This document shows, piece after piece, positions 37,300-51,100 of a stretch of 64,000 nt of DNA. Where the stretch lies: positions 70,246,001 to 70,310,000 of the forward strand of contig NC_042998.1 in NCBI RefSeq assembly GCF_006345805.1. Reading direction: 5' to 3'. The number at the start of each line of letters is the position of its first letter. The first letter of the stretch is position 1. The position numbers and the translations under genes are program-made. Under the pieces are notes generated by a model that did no database searches, was not told the origin of the DNA, and saw only the letters and a program-made list of their open reading frames with translations. Source of the DNA: Octopus sinensis (Eukaryota).

Positions 37300-37930
37300 A
37301 ATGGTATTTGTCTTACATCCACTCCAGATTCCACCTCTAGATCCTATCTTTACCAAATTCTTCAAAACTACAGAGATCTATACTTAATCAATGGAACAAG
37401 TGATAATCTGGTCCCATGGCTAACTATTGCTTTACCACTTTTAAAGTGAGCTCATCAAATCTGATACCAACAATGGCCAATAATCACCTCTGCAGCACCA
37501 GATTTATTGGATAGCTTCTTTCACAGTATTGGTTACATTCAAGAACTTCAGTGAAAGAATGTTTTTGCATTTTATATCTAAAAATAGTCTTTGGCAATGC
37601 CAGTCTGATAGTCACCTTCTGGTTAAGTTACCTATTTGTAGACATCTGTCTTCTCTCTTGGACTGGTACTTTATCTTCAATTTGCTCCAGCCCAGCATAT
37701 GTTGATGCATCTACCATTAACCTACATTCTATGCCTCAAAGTTTCCTATTATTTTTCTCCTGTACACCAAAGATTCTTGCATTGCATAACAGTAACTTTT
37801 GGAAGGTTTGACTGCAATAACTCTGCAATCAACAACTTGGTCAGCTATAAATTTCTTTTTAGCATCAAAGGTTCTTATTTCCCTCCAACGTATTTCAAGG
37901 AGTTGGGAAGCACACATGTATATTGATTTC
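37300..37930 (-). pseudogene. Heavily decayed LINE (RTE-like) AP-endonuclease region
   Basis: Scattered motifs in the expected order across frames: LEIRW (cf. LQE.RW), STYA (cf. SAYAP), LNVTNT, HCWYQI (cf. HWH.IDY), DYHL (cf. DHRL). Confidence 0.45.
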
Positions 37931-38159
37931 TATGCCTGTATGTAAGTTTTCTTGTATGTTTATACATGTGAGTAGATAATGAGATTAACAAATGACACTC
38001 ATAGCTAGTCAATAATGTTCAAGCATGTGTATATGCATATATATGCACATCCAGGTCAGGACATTACAGGATGCTACAGGTGTAGTTACCATCTTTATTG
38101 CATGTATGTAAATACCCACAAATTTGACAATGTCTTATCAATTATTCTTAAGGTTTGAA

Positions 38160-38527
38160 TACTTGAGAAAACCTGGCAAGTCAAGTGAGACTGCAACTGT
38201 AGCCTATGCCAGTGTAGCATAACCGGCCCATTTAAGAGTACCCTTCAATCACTGGGCAATGAACTGTGCTTGAGATCTGTTAAGTCAAGTGAAATCATTT
38301 TCGTGGCCGATACCACTACCGCTTGACTGGCACGTAAAAAGCACCATTCGAGCGTGGTTAATGCCACTACACTCTTGGAATGGTTGGTGTTAGGAAGGGC
38401 ATCCAGCTGTAGAAACCATGCCAGATCAGATTGGAGCCTGGTACAACCTTCTGGCTTGCCAGCCCTCAGTCAAACCGTCCAACCCATGTCAGCATGGAAG
38501 GCAGACAGTAAACAATGATGATGATGT
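38160..38527 (+). mobile_element. Family A long copy beginning at the LINE ORF stop
   Basis: cttgagaaaacctggcaagtcaagtgag resembles cttgagaagatgtatcaagccaagtaa at 61617; (GAT)n tail. Confidence 0.8.
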
Positions 38528-38789
38528 TATTGTTTATAATTTATATTCATAGCTGTTATATATTAAATCTATTATTCAATATTTCAAATGTAATATTACG
38601 GAGATGTATTTGCATAGCAAGAGACCCGATCTGAGATCGTGTGTTGGAACGAAAACAATTGCAGCGTGTTCGGTCATTAGATTGTAGCTATGCTGGGGCT
38701 CTGCTTTGAAGACCCATTAGCTGAATGAATTGATTCCCAATACATTAAAAAAAATAATCCTGGTTCTTATTTTATTGGTCTTTTTTGCT

Positions 38790-39080
38790 GAATTTCTAAG
38801 TTACAGGGACATAAACACACTAATACAGGTTGTCAAGTGGTAGTGGGGGACAAACAGACATAAATACACATTCATGCATACATGCGCATGCACACACACA
38901 CACACACACACACGTGCATGCACACACATCTTTCAGCTTCTGTCTAATAAATCCACTCACAAGGCTTTGGTCGGCCCACCGCTGTAGTAGAAGACACTTT
39001 GCCCAAGGTGCCACACAGTGGGACTGAACCTGGACTATGTGGTTAGGTAGCAAACTTCTTACCATTCAGACACGCCTGCA
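38790..39080 (-). mobile_element. SINE family B
   Basis: atccactcacaaggctttggtcgg..gcccaaggtgccacacagtgggactgaacc. Confidence 0.8.
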
Positions 39081-39657
39081 TAAATATTATTGTTATTGTC
39101 ATTATAGTTATTCTGGAAAACAAGGAGTTTGTCATCATATTACATTAAAAATTTTATGAAACTTTGTTTAAGACATAAAAACTAAAAAAAAAAAAAAATA
39201 TGCCTGTAAAGATGCAGTTTTTACCCCACCCCAACGCCACATCCTCCTTCCATTTCATCCCCAGTGCTTGTAAAACAATTTTGACTGCACTCCTAAGAAA
39301 TGGCTCTGTCCTCTTTAAGAAGATTGTGCTAGTGTTCTAGTTCATTTTATCATAACCTGTAGCAAAAAAAAAAAAAAAAAAAATGAAAAAAAATGAAAAA
39401 AAATAAGGCAATAAATATCTTTAGACTTGTTACATGATACTTATTAAAATATAACATTCTGAAAATGGTTTCAATTTAGCTGCCGGAACCTTTGTGTGTG
39501 TGTGTGTGTGTGTGTTTGTGCGTGTGCACACATGCATGTGTGTGTGAATGTAAATGTATATACATAGATTATGTTTCATAACACAGATTCGATGTGTATC
39601 AAGGCCTGCTTGAGTATTGATGGATGATTGATTCATACATCAAAGATACACACCTAT

Positions 39658-39704
<47 letters not shown>

Positions 39705-40382
39705 TACTTACACCCCACCCACCACCACCACCACCACCACAGTCTCTTCCTTCTCTCCCTCATCCTTCATTTCCTGATGCACTTCAGTGCATCTACTTTT
39801 ACTAATGCCTTACATCAACATAACCATGACAATGACGATGATGACAACCACCCCCTGCCTCCAACACCCCCTACCTCCACCACCACCAGCATCAGTAACA
39901 CTACCACCGACAGCTCAGTAACAACACACATGCACAGGTACATCGATAAAATTTATAAAACCGAGTCAAAAACATTTGTTTACTAAACATATATTTAGTC
40001 TTGTTGCGAAGATGTTGACATATATAATCTGAAAACATGTTATTACAGTGCCCCAATAAACTATATATATATATATATACATCATATACGTGTATATATA
40101 TAAATACATAAAACATATGAATACATATGTCCTCATATATATATATATATATATACACACACATATATACATATATATACGCACATGTATGTGTGTGTAA
40201 ATGTATATATATATGTGTGTGTATACATACACACACACACATGTAGGTATGTGTATATATATATATACACACATACATATATGTATACATATATATACTC
40301 ACACACATACATGTATATACATATATATATATATAATATATATATATATACACACACATATATGTGTGTATATCTATCTATC

Positions 40383-40414
<32 letters not shown>

Positions 40415-40999
40415 TATATGTGTGTATATATATATATATGTATGTATATGTACACATATGTATGTATTTATATCCATGTATGCATACATGTACATATATG
40501 TATGTATGTACGTATCTATGTATGTACATGAATTAGTGAATGTCCTGTTAGGAACCAAAGAACCAATGATGTTGCTTTTCACAAAATGCATGACATAAAA
40601 CCCAAAAGCTAAAATCCAAATGCTCTGGTACTTAACTGGAAGCATTTACATTTTCTTACACTGATGTAACCCCTTTATTTGGCATTAGACCTACATGATG
40701 GTTTTTATTCTTTTTTTTTTTTTTTCATTTCTTTCTCTCAGTATGTACTTAGAAAGTGTTTATAGTTGCATGCATAATGTCAAGATAAAAATGGCAATTA
40801 TAAAATACTTTCAAATGAAGAAACGAATTGACAATGCCATTGAATGACTAGAAACAGACTTACAAAAGTTTAGTTCAAAGCAACAACAAAAATTGCCTCT
40901 CTTTCTCATGTCTTTCCATCAAGCTCAGGCTAACTAGTGGTGTGTAGAAAATAAACACACACATACCCGTACACATACACACGCACAAACACACACAGG

Positions 41000-41143
41000 T
41001 ATGGTAAGAAGCTTGCTTTCCAACCAGATAGTTTCGAGTTCACTCCCACTGTGTGGTACCTTGGGCAAGTACCATAGCCTTTGCTATAGCTTCAGGTTGA
41101 CTTGTGAGTAGATTTGGTAGACGGAAACTGAAAGAATCCTGTC

Positions 41144-41176
<33 letters not shown>

Positions 41177-41210
41177 TGTATGTATGTATGTGTGTGTGTG
41201 TGTGTGTGTG

Positions 41211-41241
<31 letters not shown>

Positions 41242-41492
41242 GTGTGTGGTGTTTGTATGTATGTATGTATGTATGTATGTATGTATGTGTGTGTTTGTCC
41301 CTCACTACTTCCTGACGACCGGTGTTGGCGGGTTTATGTCCCATAACTTAGCAGTTCGGCAAACGATATTGATAAAATAAGTACCAGGATTAAAAGAATA
41401 AGTACTGGGGGTCGATTCATTTCACTAAAAATTCTTCAAGGCGGATGCCCCAGCGTGGCCACAGTCTAATGTCTGAAACAAATAAAAGAAAA
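41000..41492 (+). mobile_element. SINE family B with an expanded internal (TATG)n tract
   Basis: Head, ggatttggtagacggaaactgaaag core and 3' tctaatgtctgaaacaaataaaag. Confidence 0.8.
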
Positions 41493-41614
41493 GATACATA
41501 CATGGGAACGATTCTCTGTAGCTGCCTGCTGGCAACCTTTTTTCTGTCTTTTGAGAGTTAATACTCAATCTTTCTTGGCTGCTTTCACAACCATACTACT
41601 TAGGAAATTTACTT

Positions 41615-41790
41615 TCATGGCTGTGTGATAAGAAGCTTACTTCCCAACCACATGGTTCCAGGTTCAGTCCCACTGTGTGGCACCTTGGGCAACAATATTT
41701 TACAACATATATGCAGTAGAAGTCTTGGCCCAACCAAAGCCTTGTGAGTGGATTTGGTAGATGGAAACTGAAGGAAGCCCGTCGTATATG
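41615..41790 (+). mobile_element. SINE family B, 5' half
   Basis: tggctgtgtgataagaagcttacttcccaaccacatggttccaggttcagtcccactg. Confidence 0.8.
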
Positions 41791-42386
41791 TGTGTGTGTG
41801 TGTTTGTATATATATATATGAATATATATTTTGTATGTGTATAAATATATATATGAATATATATATGTGTATATATGTATGTGTGTATATATATCTATCT
41901 ATCTATATATATATATATACACACATATGTATATATATTCATATGTGTATGTATATATATATGTGTGTATGTGTGTATATACATACATATATATATATAT
42001 ATATATATCAACATAGAGAGAGAGAGCATTCTATATGTGTGTATATAGGGGTTTAAGTATTGTTTATTTTTGTACTTGTATCACGCTTCAGCCATCCCTC
42101 ATTACCACCATCACACTGTAGACATGTGTAACTAGTTATGTGCTGAATGTAAAGGAGGTGGCTTTGGGTGTGTATAGAAATGATACTTGTAAACATACAT
42201 ATATACTCATATCTACACACATATACTTTACAAACACAGACAGGAGTTGAGGTGATGGGAAAACTTTTCTGTTGTCTTATTACTGCTTGGAATAAATACT
42301 TACATTGTACACATTCGCTCATCACTCATATGCATCATATACACACCCATCATGTATAAACATGTATACACATCATATACATATTA

Positions 42387-42426
<40 letters not shown>

Positions 42427-42669
42427 CACATACATACATTGCATCCCAGATATGCGCACATCACATGCCCATACTGCATGCATATATCATTATCATCATG
42501 TACATTACAGAGTACATACACATACGCATGTATCACACATATAGACACACATACACCTCACACACACACACACACACACACAGACACACACACACATATA
42601 CACAAAATGATCAGGAATGGGTTTTAGTTGATGATGCTGATGTTGATATTGTGTGTAAATGATGGTTTC

Positions 42670-42875
42670 AAAATTTTGGCACGGGGCCTGCAGTTTTTGA
42701 GGGCATGGGAAAGTCGATTACATTGATTCCAGTACTTGACTGGTGCTCGTTTTCTTAACCCCAAAAGAATGAAAGATGAAGTCAGTCGACTTTGGTGGGA
42801 TTTGAACTCAGAACGTATAGACTGATGAAATGCTGCTAAGCATCTTGTCCAATCTGCTGAAGCTTCTGTCAGCTC
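42670..42875 (-). mobile_element. SINE family C variant
   Basis: gtcgactttggtgggatttgaactcagaacgta..gaaatgctgctaagcat. Confidence 0.7.
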
Positions 42876-42923
42876 ACTGCTTTATTTTTGTTTCTAATAA
42901 TGTTAGTGATGATGGAGGTAAAG

Positions 42924-42973
<50 letters not shown>

Positions 42974-44289
42974 TGTTGTTGTTGTTGTAGTAGTAGCAGT
43001 TTTTCTCAACCCCAGGTTTGCCCTGGTTAAACAGACCTATGATCAAAGACATTCTAGCTGCGACCTTCTCATCTTTTAACCATATGCAGGGAACCCAAGA
43101 TCACATTATCCAACATGAGGGAGTTTAAGTTATTATTTTTAGCAGATGGAGTAACCACATAGAGGTCCCCCTCATGATCAGCATACAGCAGTATTGTGGT
43201 GGAGAGAGGATGAGAAGACGGTGAGGAAGATGAATGCTATCCCACCTTCATATTACACCTGCCACCCCACTATCCATGGCCACTATCGTCATCCCCCCTT
43301 TTCCTTCCTCCCCCCTATACACTACCAAACAAACACTATCAGGTAATTATAGTATTAACTGAACTACAAATATTGTTACTCCCTCCCTCCCTCCCTCTTT
43401 AGTTCTGTTTGGTTAGGGGCAGGGCAGTGAATATAGATGTGGTGGTGATGGTGAAACTATGTACCATTTCTTCTGGAACTCTTTTAACAAGGAATGGTTC
43501 ATTGCTAGCTAGACTTCATCTCCCATTTTTTGCATCTTTCCATCAACCCGCCCCCCACCTCCCTCCACCTTCATCAGCTCCTCCCCATCATCATCATCGT
43601 TATAATCATATAATAATCCTGTTATTTGTTATCTACCTCTGCCGACCGCGCCCCCCACCCCCACCTGTAACATCAACACTTCATGCCTGGATTCTTGTAT
43701 TTCATCTAAAACATCTTCACACATCAAGATAAACACACAAATCATCATTACTGCCATCATCATCATCATCATCATAATCATCATCATTGTCATCATCATG
43801 ATCATCGTCATCATCAGGGCATCCTCTTTTGTTCCTTTTGTACACTTGTTTTTTTTTTGTTTCTTTTTTCTTTCCTCCCCATAATCTCTTCCAACATAAA
43901 CTCCGCCAGCTTCATGTTTTGTCCTTGTTATGTCCCATCATACCTTGCCCCTTGTGGCAAATAAGAGTTGTTGTTGTCCTCCTTCAATTTGCCTTTTGTT
44001 TTCTCTACTTCTCTGGATTACCATAACTAATAGTAGCTATTGGCCGTGTGCCCAAAACATAGATTATGTAATTGCTGCTCTTGTTCCCATGTACACAAGT
44101 TCGCAGGGTTGAATATGAGCGTGTGTGTGTGTGTGTGAGTGTGTCTTATGTAACTGTTAGAGAAAATAATTGGTAGATGTGTGTTGGGCACCTTAGTCCC
44201 ACTCTATGACTAGAATCTCTCTGAAAGTCAAAGGTAAAGAGTTAAAGATAGAACCAACCAGTATCCTAGACATTGATTAAGGTTCTGGT

Positions 44290-44690
44290 GGAATGGTTTA
44301 TTTCTGGCCTCCAGTGCCGGTGGCATGTAAGCAAACCATCCGAATGTGGCCGTCGCCAGCGCTGCCCTGACGGGCCTCCGTGCCAGTGGCATGCAGAAGG
44401 CACCATCCGATCATGGCCGTTGCCAGCCTTGCCTGGCCCCTGTGCTGGTGGTACGTAAAAAGCACCATCCGGTCGTGGCCGTTCGCCAGCCTCGTATGGC
44501 ATCTGTGCCAGTGGCACGTAAAAAGCACCCACTACACTCACGGAGTGGTTGGCGTTAGGAAGGGCATCCAGCCGTAGAAACATTGCCAGATCAGACTGGG
44601 CCTGGTGCAGCCTTACCCCAGTTGAATCGTCCAACCCATGCTAGCATGGAAAGCGGATGCTAAATGATGAAGATGATGATGATGATTTCT
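44290..44690 (+). mobile_element. Family A copy with 3 internal modules
   Basis: Three ~60-bp gtggcacgtaaaaagcaccatccg..gccagc..tggc modules plus a terminal partial one; (GAT)n tail. Confidence 0.9.
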
Positions 44691-44879
44691 GTTTCCATTA
44701 CCAGAGACGAAAACATAGAAGACACATGAGAAGAAATCGTGGGATTAGATCTCATCATCTTGTGACTCACAGGCAAGGTATTATGTTTTAAAGATGATTG
44801 GTACTTTGTTGAGCTACAGCTGTGTCCTACCCAGTTCAGCTCTGCCTGTCAGCCTTCCAAGGGATTGCAAAATAAGTAC

Positions 44880-45160
44880 CTGTAACACTGGCGCTTCATT
44901 GGTTACAATGACGTGGGTACCAGTTGATCTGATCAACAGAACAGCCTGCTTGTGAAATTAACATGCAAGTGGCTGAGTACTCCACAGGCATATGTACACA
45001 AAATGTGTCAACGCCGGTTCTTTGAATTACAGCTGAATGGACTGGAGCAATGTGGAATAAAGTGTCTTGCTCAAGAGACACAACTTGCCACTGGGAATTG
45101 AACTCATGACCTTACGATCATGAGCCAAATACCCTATCCATTAAGCAATGAGCCTTCACC
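44880..45160 (-). mobile_element. SINE family D
   Basis: gaacagcctgcttgtgaaattaacatgcaagtggctgagtactccacag..gtgtcttgctcaagagacacaa..gggaattgaactc. Confidence 0.7.
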
Positions 45161-45384
45161 AGTATCTGTAATACACTGCCTTGGATTGTATCTAACCAGC
45201 TGATATCGACAGAAGTGTCGACAACTTAGTTTATTGTTTGTTGCACCACTTCAGCTCTAGAGGTCACTATAAGTACAATGATGTAAGAAGCAAACAATGT
45301 TGGATTTATCCAAGTACCAAAGTAGCAATAACAACAGTTTATAAGGAATGTACTTTTATTCCTAAATTCCTCCTTCATATTAGG

Positions 45385-45570
45385 TGGTGTGCTGGCAGAA
45401 TGTTAGACGCAATGCTCAGCCTTTCATCCATCGAAGTCAACTTTACTGTTCATCTTTTCAGGGTTGATGAATTAAGTACCAGTTGTGTACTAGGGTCAAT
45501 GTAAACAACTACCCCTATCTTTCAAAATTTCAGGCCCTGTACCTACAGTAGAAAGGATTATTAAATATGT
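45385..45570 (+). mobile_element. SINE family C, degenerate
   Basis: gctggcagaatgttag..gtcaactttactgttcatcttttcagggttgatgaattaagtaccag. Confidence 0.7.
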
Positions 45571-45984
45571 AGAGATTACCTTTACATAAATACTGTCATC
45601 TTTTATTACGTTTCATTTGTGGAGTATAACTCTACAGACTACAGTTGTAAAATCCATTTTTACGTAGTCAGTTGTGATTAGTATCTGAAGACCTTATAGT
45701 GGACTTCTTAGTTTTCTCCGCTTCCTTGCCCAGACTTGTGCCTCAGAGAGTATCTTTCTAGGTGCAATCCCATGGTTATTCATGACCAAAGGGGTTCGTT
45801 ACTCTTTTACATAGCTACTCAACATTATATAAGCTGGAAAAGAGATATAAAGATATTGGTAACAAGATGTCAGAGCATACTTTTAAAGTTCAAGACAGTT
45901 AGTGTAAAAGAGAATACGGGCAAAGGATTGCGAAGAGCAGGGGGTAAGTTTAGTGGTAAATATGAATTTGGATCATCATCATCA

Positions 45985-46360
45985 TCATGTATGGTAAAAA
46001 GCTTGCTTACCAACCACATGGTTCTGGGTTCAGTCCCACTGTGTGACACCTTCGGCAAGTGTCTTCTACTATAGCTTTGGGCCAATCAAAGCCTTGTGAG
46101 TGGATTTAGTAGATGGAAACTGAAAGAAGCCTGTCGTGTATATATATATATATATGTGTGTGTCTATGCTTGTTCCCCCACCATCACGTGACAACTGATG
46201 TTGGTGTGTTTACATCCCTGTGTGACTTAGTAGTTCAGCAAAAGAGACTAATAGAATAAGTACTATGCTTACAAAGAATATGTCCTGGGGTCAGTTTGTT
46301 TGACTAAACGTGGTACTCCAGTATGGTCACAGTCAAATGACTGAAATAAATAAAAGAATA
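45985..46360 (+). mobile_element. SINE family B, near full length
   Basis: Colinear with 10660-11055. Confidence 0.85.
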
Positions 46361-46725
46361 AAAGAATATATATATATATACATACCACCTAATTTAATAC
46401 AGTTACCCACTACTACCACCCCCATCACCACCAGTATCATGTCTCACCCAACATGTGGGGTCTATCCTTTACATTGCAAACATGTCGCATGAGTGCAGCT
46501 GTTTCATCTTCATGCAGCAGACAATCGCTTTCATGTCTACCTCACTTCACAATTCCTGTTCAGCGTGTTCTATAAATTAACCTTGAGATGAATCTGAGGG
46601 AAAACAAAAATCTGAAAATGTTACCAAGGTAACAAATAGACACCAGACATTCCGAGAAGAAAATATAAAATTAAATCTTCTTAAGTATTAAATATACGTG
46701 TGTGCGTTTGTGTGTGTATTTACAC

Positions 46726-46774
<49 letters not shown>

Positions 46775-47017
46775 GTATGTATGTATGTATATGTATGTAT
46801 GTATGTATATGTATGTATGTATGTATATGTATGTATGTATGTATATGTATGTATGTATGTATATATATGTATGTATGTATATATATGTATGTATGTATAT
46901 ATATGTATGTATGTATATATATATATGTATGTATATATATATATATGTATGTATATATATATATATATGTATGTATATATATGTGTATGTGTATTATATA
47001 TATTATATATGTACATA

Positions 47018-47048
<31 letters not shown>

Positions 47049-48009
47049 GTGTGTGTGTATTTAATGTACATACTGTTTGATACTAGAGTGGTATATAATA
47101 CTCTGGAACAGCTGAATGAGAAATCTTACAAGTTTCACCAGTTTGAAAGACATATGTATGGATTCTGTGGAGATTTCATTATCGACATTTCAGTTTTTAT
47201 CATAGTCTTAAGAATTATGTAATTTTTGTTGAAATCTTTAAATAAGAATATCTAATACTAATACAGGATGAAGGGGACAATGTGGCAGAGTTGCTAGGTT
47301 GTTGGATAGAATGCCTTGTGGTAGTTGTTCTTACTCTCAATGCTCTGAGTTCAAATCCTGCTGAGATTAACTTTACCTTTCATTCTTTTGGTGTGTATGT
47401 GTGTGTGTGTGATGGTGGTGGTGGTGATAAAATGGTGCCAAACCAGAGAAGGAGATTGGTAGAACTCTTAAAGCATGAACAAGAAGCCTTGTGGTATCTG
47501 CTGTGGGTCTTTGCATTGATTCTGGTGGCGATGTCTGCAGCAACTCTGGTGCCAATTTATATTGGTCTTTCAGGAAATCTTTTCCTTTGAGCAACACTGG
47601 TGGCATGGAGGGTAAAAATTTTCAAAGATTTCTATAAAGAAAAAAATCCCTTACTCAACTTGCACATATAGGAACAGATACATAAACAACCCTGATTAAC
47701 AGAGTGGCCCTGGATATAGATAGGGCCACATATTTATAGTAAGTACCTACCATCATAATGACCCTGGGTTAGTGATAATCATTATAGTTCCACCATTGAC
47801 ACAGAGTCATATACTTTATTCTATGGCATACAAATCAAATTTTTCAGCCATAAAAAGAAAAGTCAACTTACAAACCAAAACAACTTTGGCAGACCAAAAT
47901 TTGTATGTGAAATGCAACAGGATTTAGAAAGACAGTAATGATGTTTGAATGTTTACACTGTATACATCAGCTTGTATATAAGAAAATACAGTATCTGTGG
48001 TTGTTTGTT

Positions 48010-48300
48010 CCTTCTCGAGCCATGCCTGGCCGGTTTCCTGGTTTCATTGGCATATAGGTTCCCCACCTGGACGGGACACTGGTCTGTCGCAGGTGAGCTG
48101 CTAGGTGCAAGAGGAAAGAGTGAGAGAAAGTTATGGCAAAAGAGTCAGCAGAAGCTTGCCATTATCTTCTGCCAGAGCTGTGTGGAACTTAGTTGTTTCA
48201 CTCATAAACACACATCCCTTAATCTGAGATTTGAACCTGCGATCCCTCAACCACAAGTCTGCTGCTCTAACCACTAGGCCATGTACCTCCACAGAATCTG
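48010..48300 (-). mobile_element. SINE family D variant
   Basis: tRNA-like head on the minus strand (tggcctagtggttagagcagcagacttgtgg..ggttcaaatctc). Confidence 0.65.
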
Positions 48301-49240
48301 TAGTGATTGGCAATTATTGCAGTGACTGCAATGTATGAGTTATAGTTTTTAGTTCTAAATCTTGAAAGGGTTGACACTGAGTACTCTGTGTCATTCATAG
48401 TGATAGTCTACCCATCTCTTCTTCCAAATGTATCTTATTACATATGCTTTAACAGTTCTGCCAATTTCCTTCTCTGGTTTGGTACCATTTTATCACCACC
48501 ACAACCACCACCATCTCACACACACACCAAAAGAATGAGAGGCAAAGTTAGTCTCAGCGGGATTTGGACTCAGACCATTGAGAGGAAGAACAACTACCAC
48601 AAGGCATTCTTATCTACCGCTCTCTTATCACAGTACAACAGCCACAGTACCACAGTACCATACTACATCAGTGTACCCTGGAGTACTTTATTCAGTGTGT
48701 CCTTCTTCCTATAAGACATTAGGATGTGATTTGAGGGGAAATTTGGCTGGTATTTCTCACTGATTCCTTAAATATAAAGTTAACATAAATTGTATGTCTT
48801 TGAGATTTGCAATAAAATTGGTATTGAAGACATACTGAGAGAGTTGCTTTGGTAGAAGGAAGAGTAGTAGTAGTAGTGGTGGTGGTGGTGGAGCTGATGG
48901 TGGTAGGGTGGGGGTATTTATGGCAATGGCATAATGATGTCATCATAGTGTCTCTACTGATTCCTCTTCAGCATCTGGTCTCTGTTTTCTTTTGTCTTTC
49001 TTTCCCCCAGGGAGTATAACTCTGCCACTCCTTCAGTGTCCTGCTCTTTAGCGTAACATCTAACAGGGTTTGGGGGTTTTACAGTGAAGGGTTCTGCAAA
49101 CCTGCTGAAGATCCACTATGTAGCTACGTTGTTTTTCAGAGCACATATGTTACACGTTCACCCGCACCATTTTTGCATTGTAATGTGTGTATGTGTATGT
49201 GTGCACATGTGCATATGTGTTTGTGTGTGTTCATGTGTAT

Positions 49241-49273
<33 letters not shown>

Positions 49274-49611
49274 GCATGAATATGAGCATGTGTGTGTATG
49301 TCTTATAATGTCAGTTCTATATTGCTGTGACTGCAATGTTGGTAGTATGACATGGAGCAGTCATGTAAGATGATATGATGTGTACAGGGTAGGCTAATAA
49401 CAACAGCTGTGCTCTAGCTAGTACCCCCTTTAACTTTTGGAGAGATGTAGGGGATACTGAGATTTTGATTATTTATCACAGCTTGTTCTTTTTATTTTGT
49501 TTCATTTACCTCTGGTTCTATAACCTTATCTGGATAACTATGTAGCTTGGTAGCAAGTTAGCTACATAGTTCTATAACTATCTGTGAAGCTATTCTGTCA
49601 CAATTGTCATA

Positions 49612-49843
49612 CCTATTTCTTTATTACCCACAAGGGGCTAAACACAGAGGGTACAAACAAGGACAGACAAACCAATTAAGTTGATTACATCGAGCCCAGT
49701 GCGTAACTGGTACTTAATTTATCGACCCCGAAAGGATGAAAGGCAAAGTCAACCTTGGCAGAATTTGAACTCACAACGTAACGCAGACGAAATACCGCTA
49801 AGCATTTCGCCTGGCGTGCTAACGTTTCTGCCAGCTCGCCGCC
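49612..49843 (-). mobile_element. SINE family C, near full length
   Basis: Reverse complement of 51767-51988. Confidence 0.9.
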
Positions 49844-50029
49844 TTAACTACACAGATACCCATCTTCCTTTACCTCTTGTTTACACTTGCTTTAATCCCC
49901 TGACATGTAGTTATTGTTTAGGCCCTGTTTACCCTTATCCAGAAGATCTTTGATTGAAAGCTAACATTCCAGATGTGGTCAAACCATCGTTTTAGAAATA
50001 CATTATCAAATGTGCCATTTTTTTTTTAA

Positions 50030-50282
50030 TAATCATCATCATCATCATCGTTTAACGTCCGCTTTCCATGCTAGCATGAGTTGGATGGTTTGACTGGGGT
50101 CTGGGAAGCCAGGAGGCTGCACCAGGCCCAGTCTGATCTGGCAGTGTTTCTACAGCTGGATGCCCTTCCTAACGCCAACCACTCCGTGAGTGTAGTGGGT
50201 GCTTTTAATGTGCCACCGGCATGGTGCCAGGCGAGGCTGGCAACGGCCACAATCAGTTGGTGCCTTTTACGTGCCACCGGCA
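50030..50282 (-). mobile_element. Family A copy
   Basis: catcatcatcgtttaacgtccgctttccatgctagcatg... Confidence 0.9.
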
Positions 50283-50759
50283 TAAATGCTAATATTTATA
50301 AAATGTTAATTTTGTTGCAATTTTTGGTGGGAAATTTGGTTGCAGTTTTTTAGCAAGTCAACTAACACATAATGTTATTCATGCACGAAACTCTCACTCC
50401 TTGAGTCACTTTCTAACTCCTTCTGATTAAATGTAATAAAATATTGATTTCTAAGATGTTAATTTGGCTGTTAGCAATTAAGTAATTTTACTATTTGTCT
50501 ACTCAATGGTTAAGATTTTCTGGTAAAGTCAAACATACATGACCGTATTGATCCAAGTGTTACTTCTAAAACAGCCAAAACGTTTTATAGTTTTCAAACA
50601 AAACAAGAAGATATATCTATAAAGTTATTGCAGTCACTATATTGAATTATCGAAGTTAAGTATGAGCAATTACAACGTGTTCCTTCAGGAAATACCAGTC
50701 TTTAACCCCCCATCCTGCTCCTAATATATTTTAAGGATTTAACATCAATGGAAATTGTA

Positions 50760-51100
50760 GCTGAGATACCAGTGCCGGTGGCACATAAGAGAACCATCCG
50801 AACATGGCCGCTGCCAGCGCCGCTCCGACTGGCCTCCGTGCCTGTGGCACGTAAAAAGCACCATCCGATTGTGGCCGTTGCCAGCCTCGTCTGGCACCTG
50901 TGCAGGTGGCACATTAAAAGCACCCACTACACTCTCGGAATGGTTGGCGTTAGGAAGGGCATCCAGCTGTAGAAACACTGCCAGATCAGACTGGGCTTGG
51001 TGCAGCCTTCTGGCTTCCCAGAACCCAGTTGAACCGTTCAACCCATGCTAGCATGGAAAGCGGACATTAAACGATGATGATGATGATGATGATGATGATT
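50760..51100 (+). mobile_element. Family A copy with 2 internal modules
   Basis: Same motifs as 44290; (GAT)n tail. Confidence 0.9.

Noticed and set aside
44380-44520. Resemblance of gccagcctcgtctggc to the HDV P3/L3 region
   Set aside because: It forms a simple hairpin; I could not place P1, P2 or J4/2 in the HDV order.
44290-44545. CRISPR-like look of the family A modules and of the 35.7-kb minisatellite
   Set aside because: Eukaryotic context, no cas genes, and the 'spacers' are homologous to each other.
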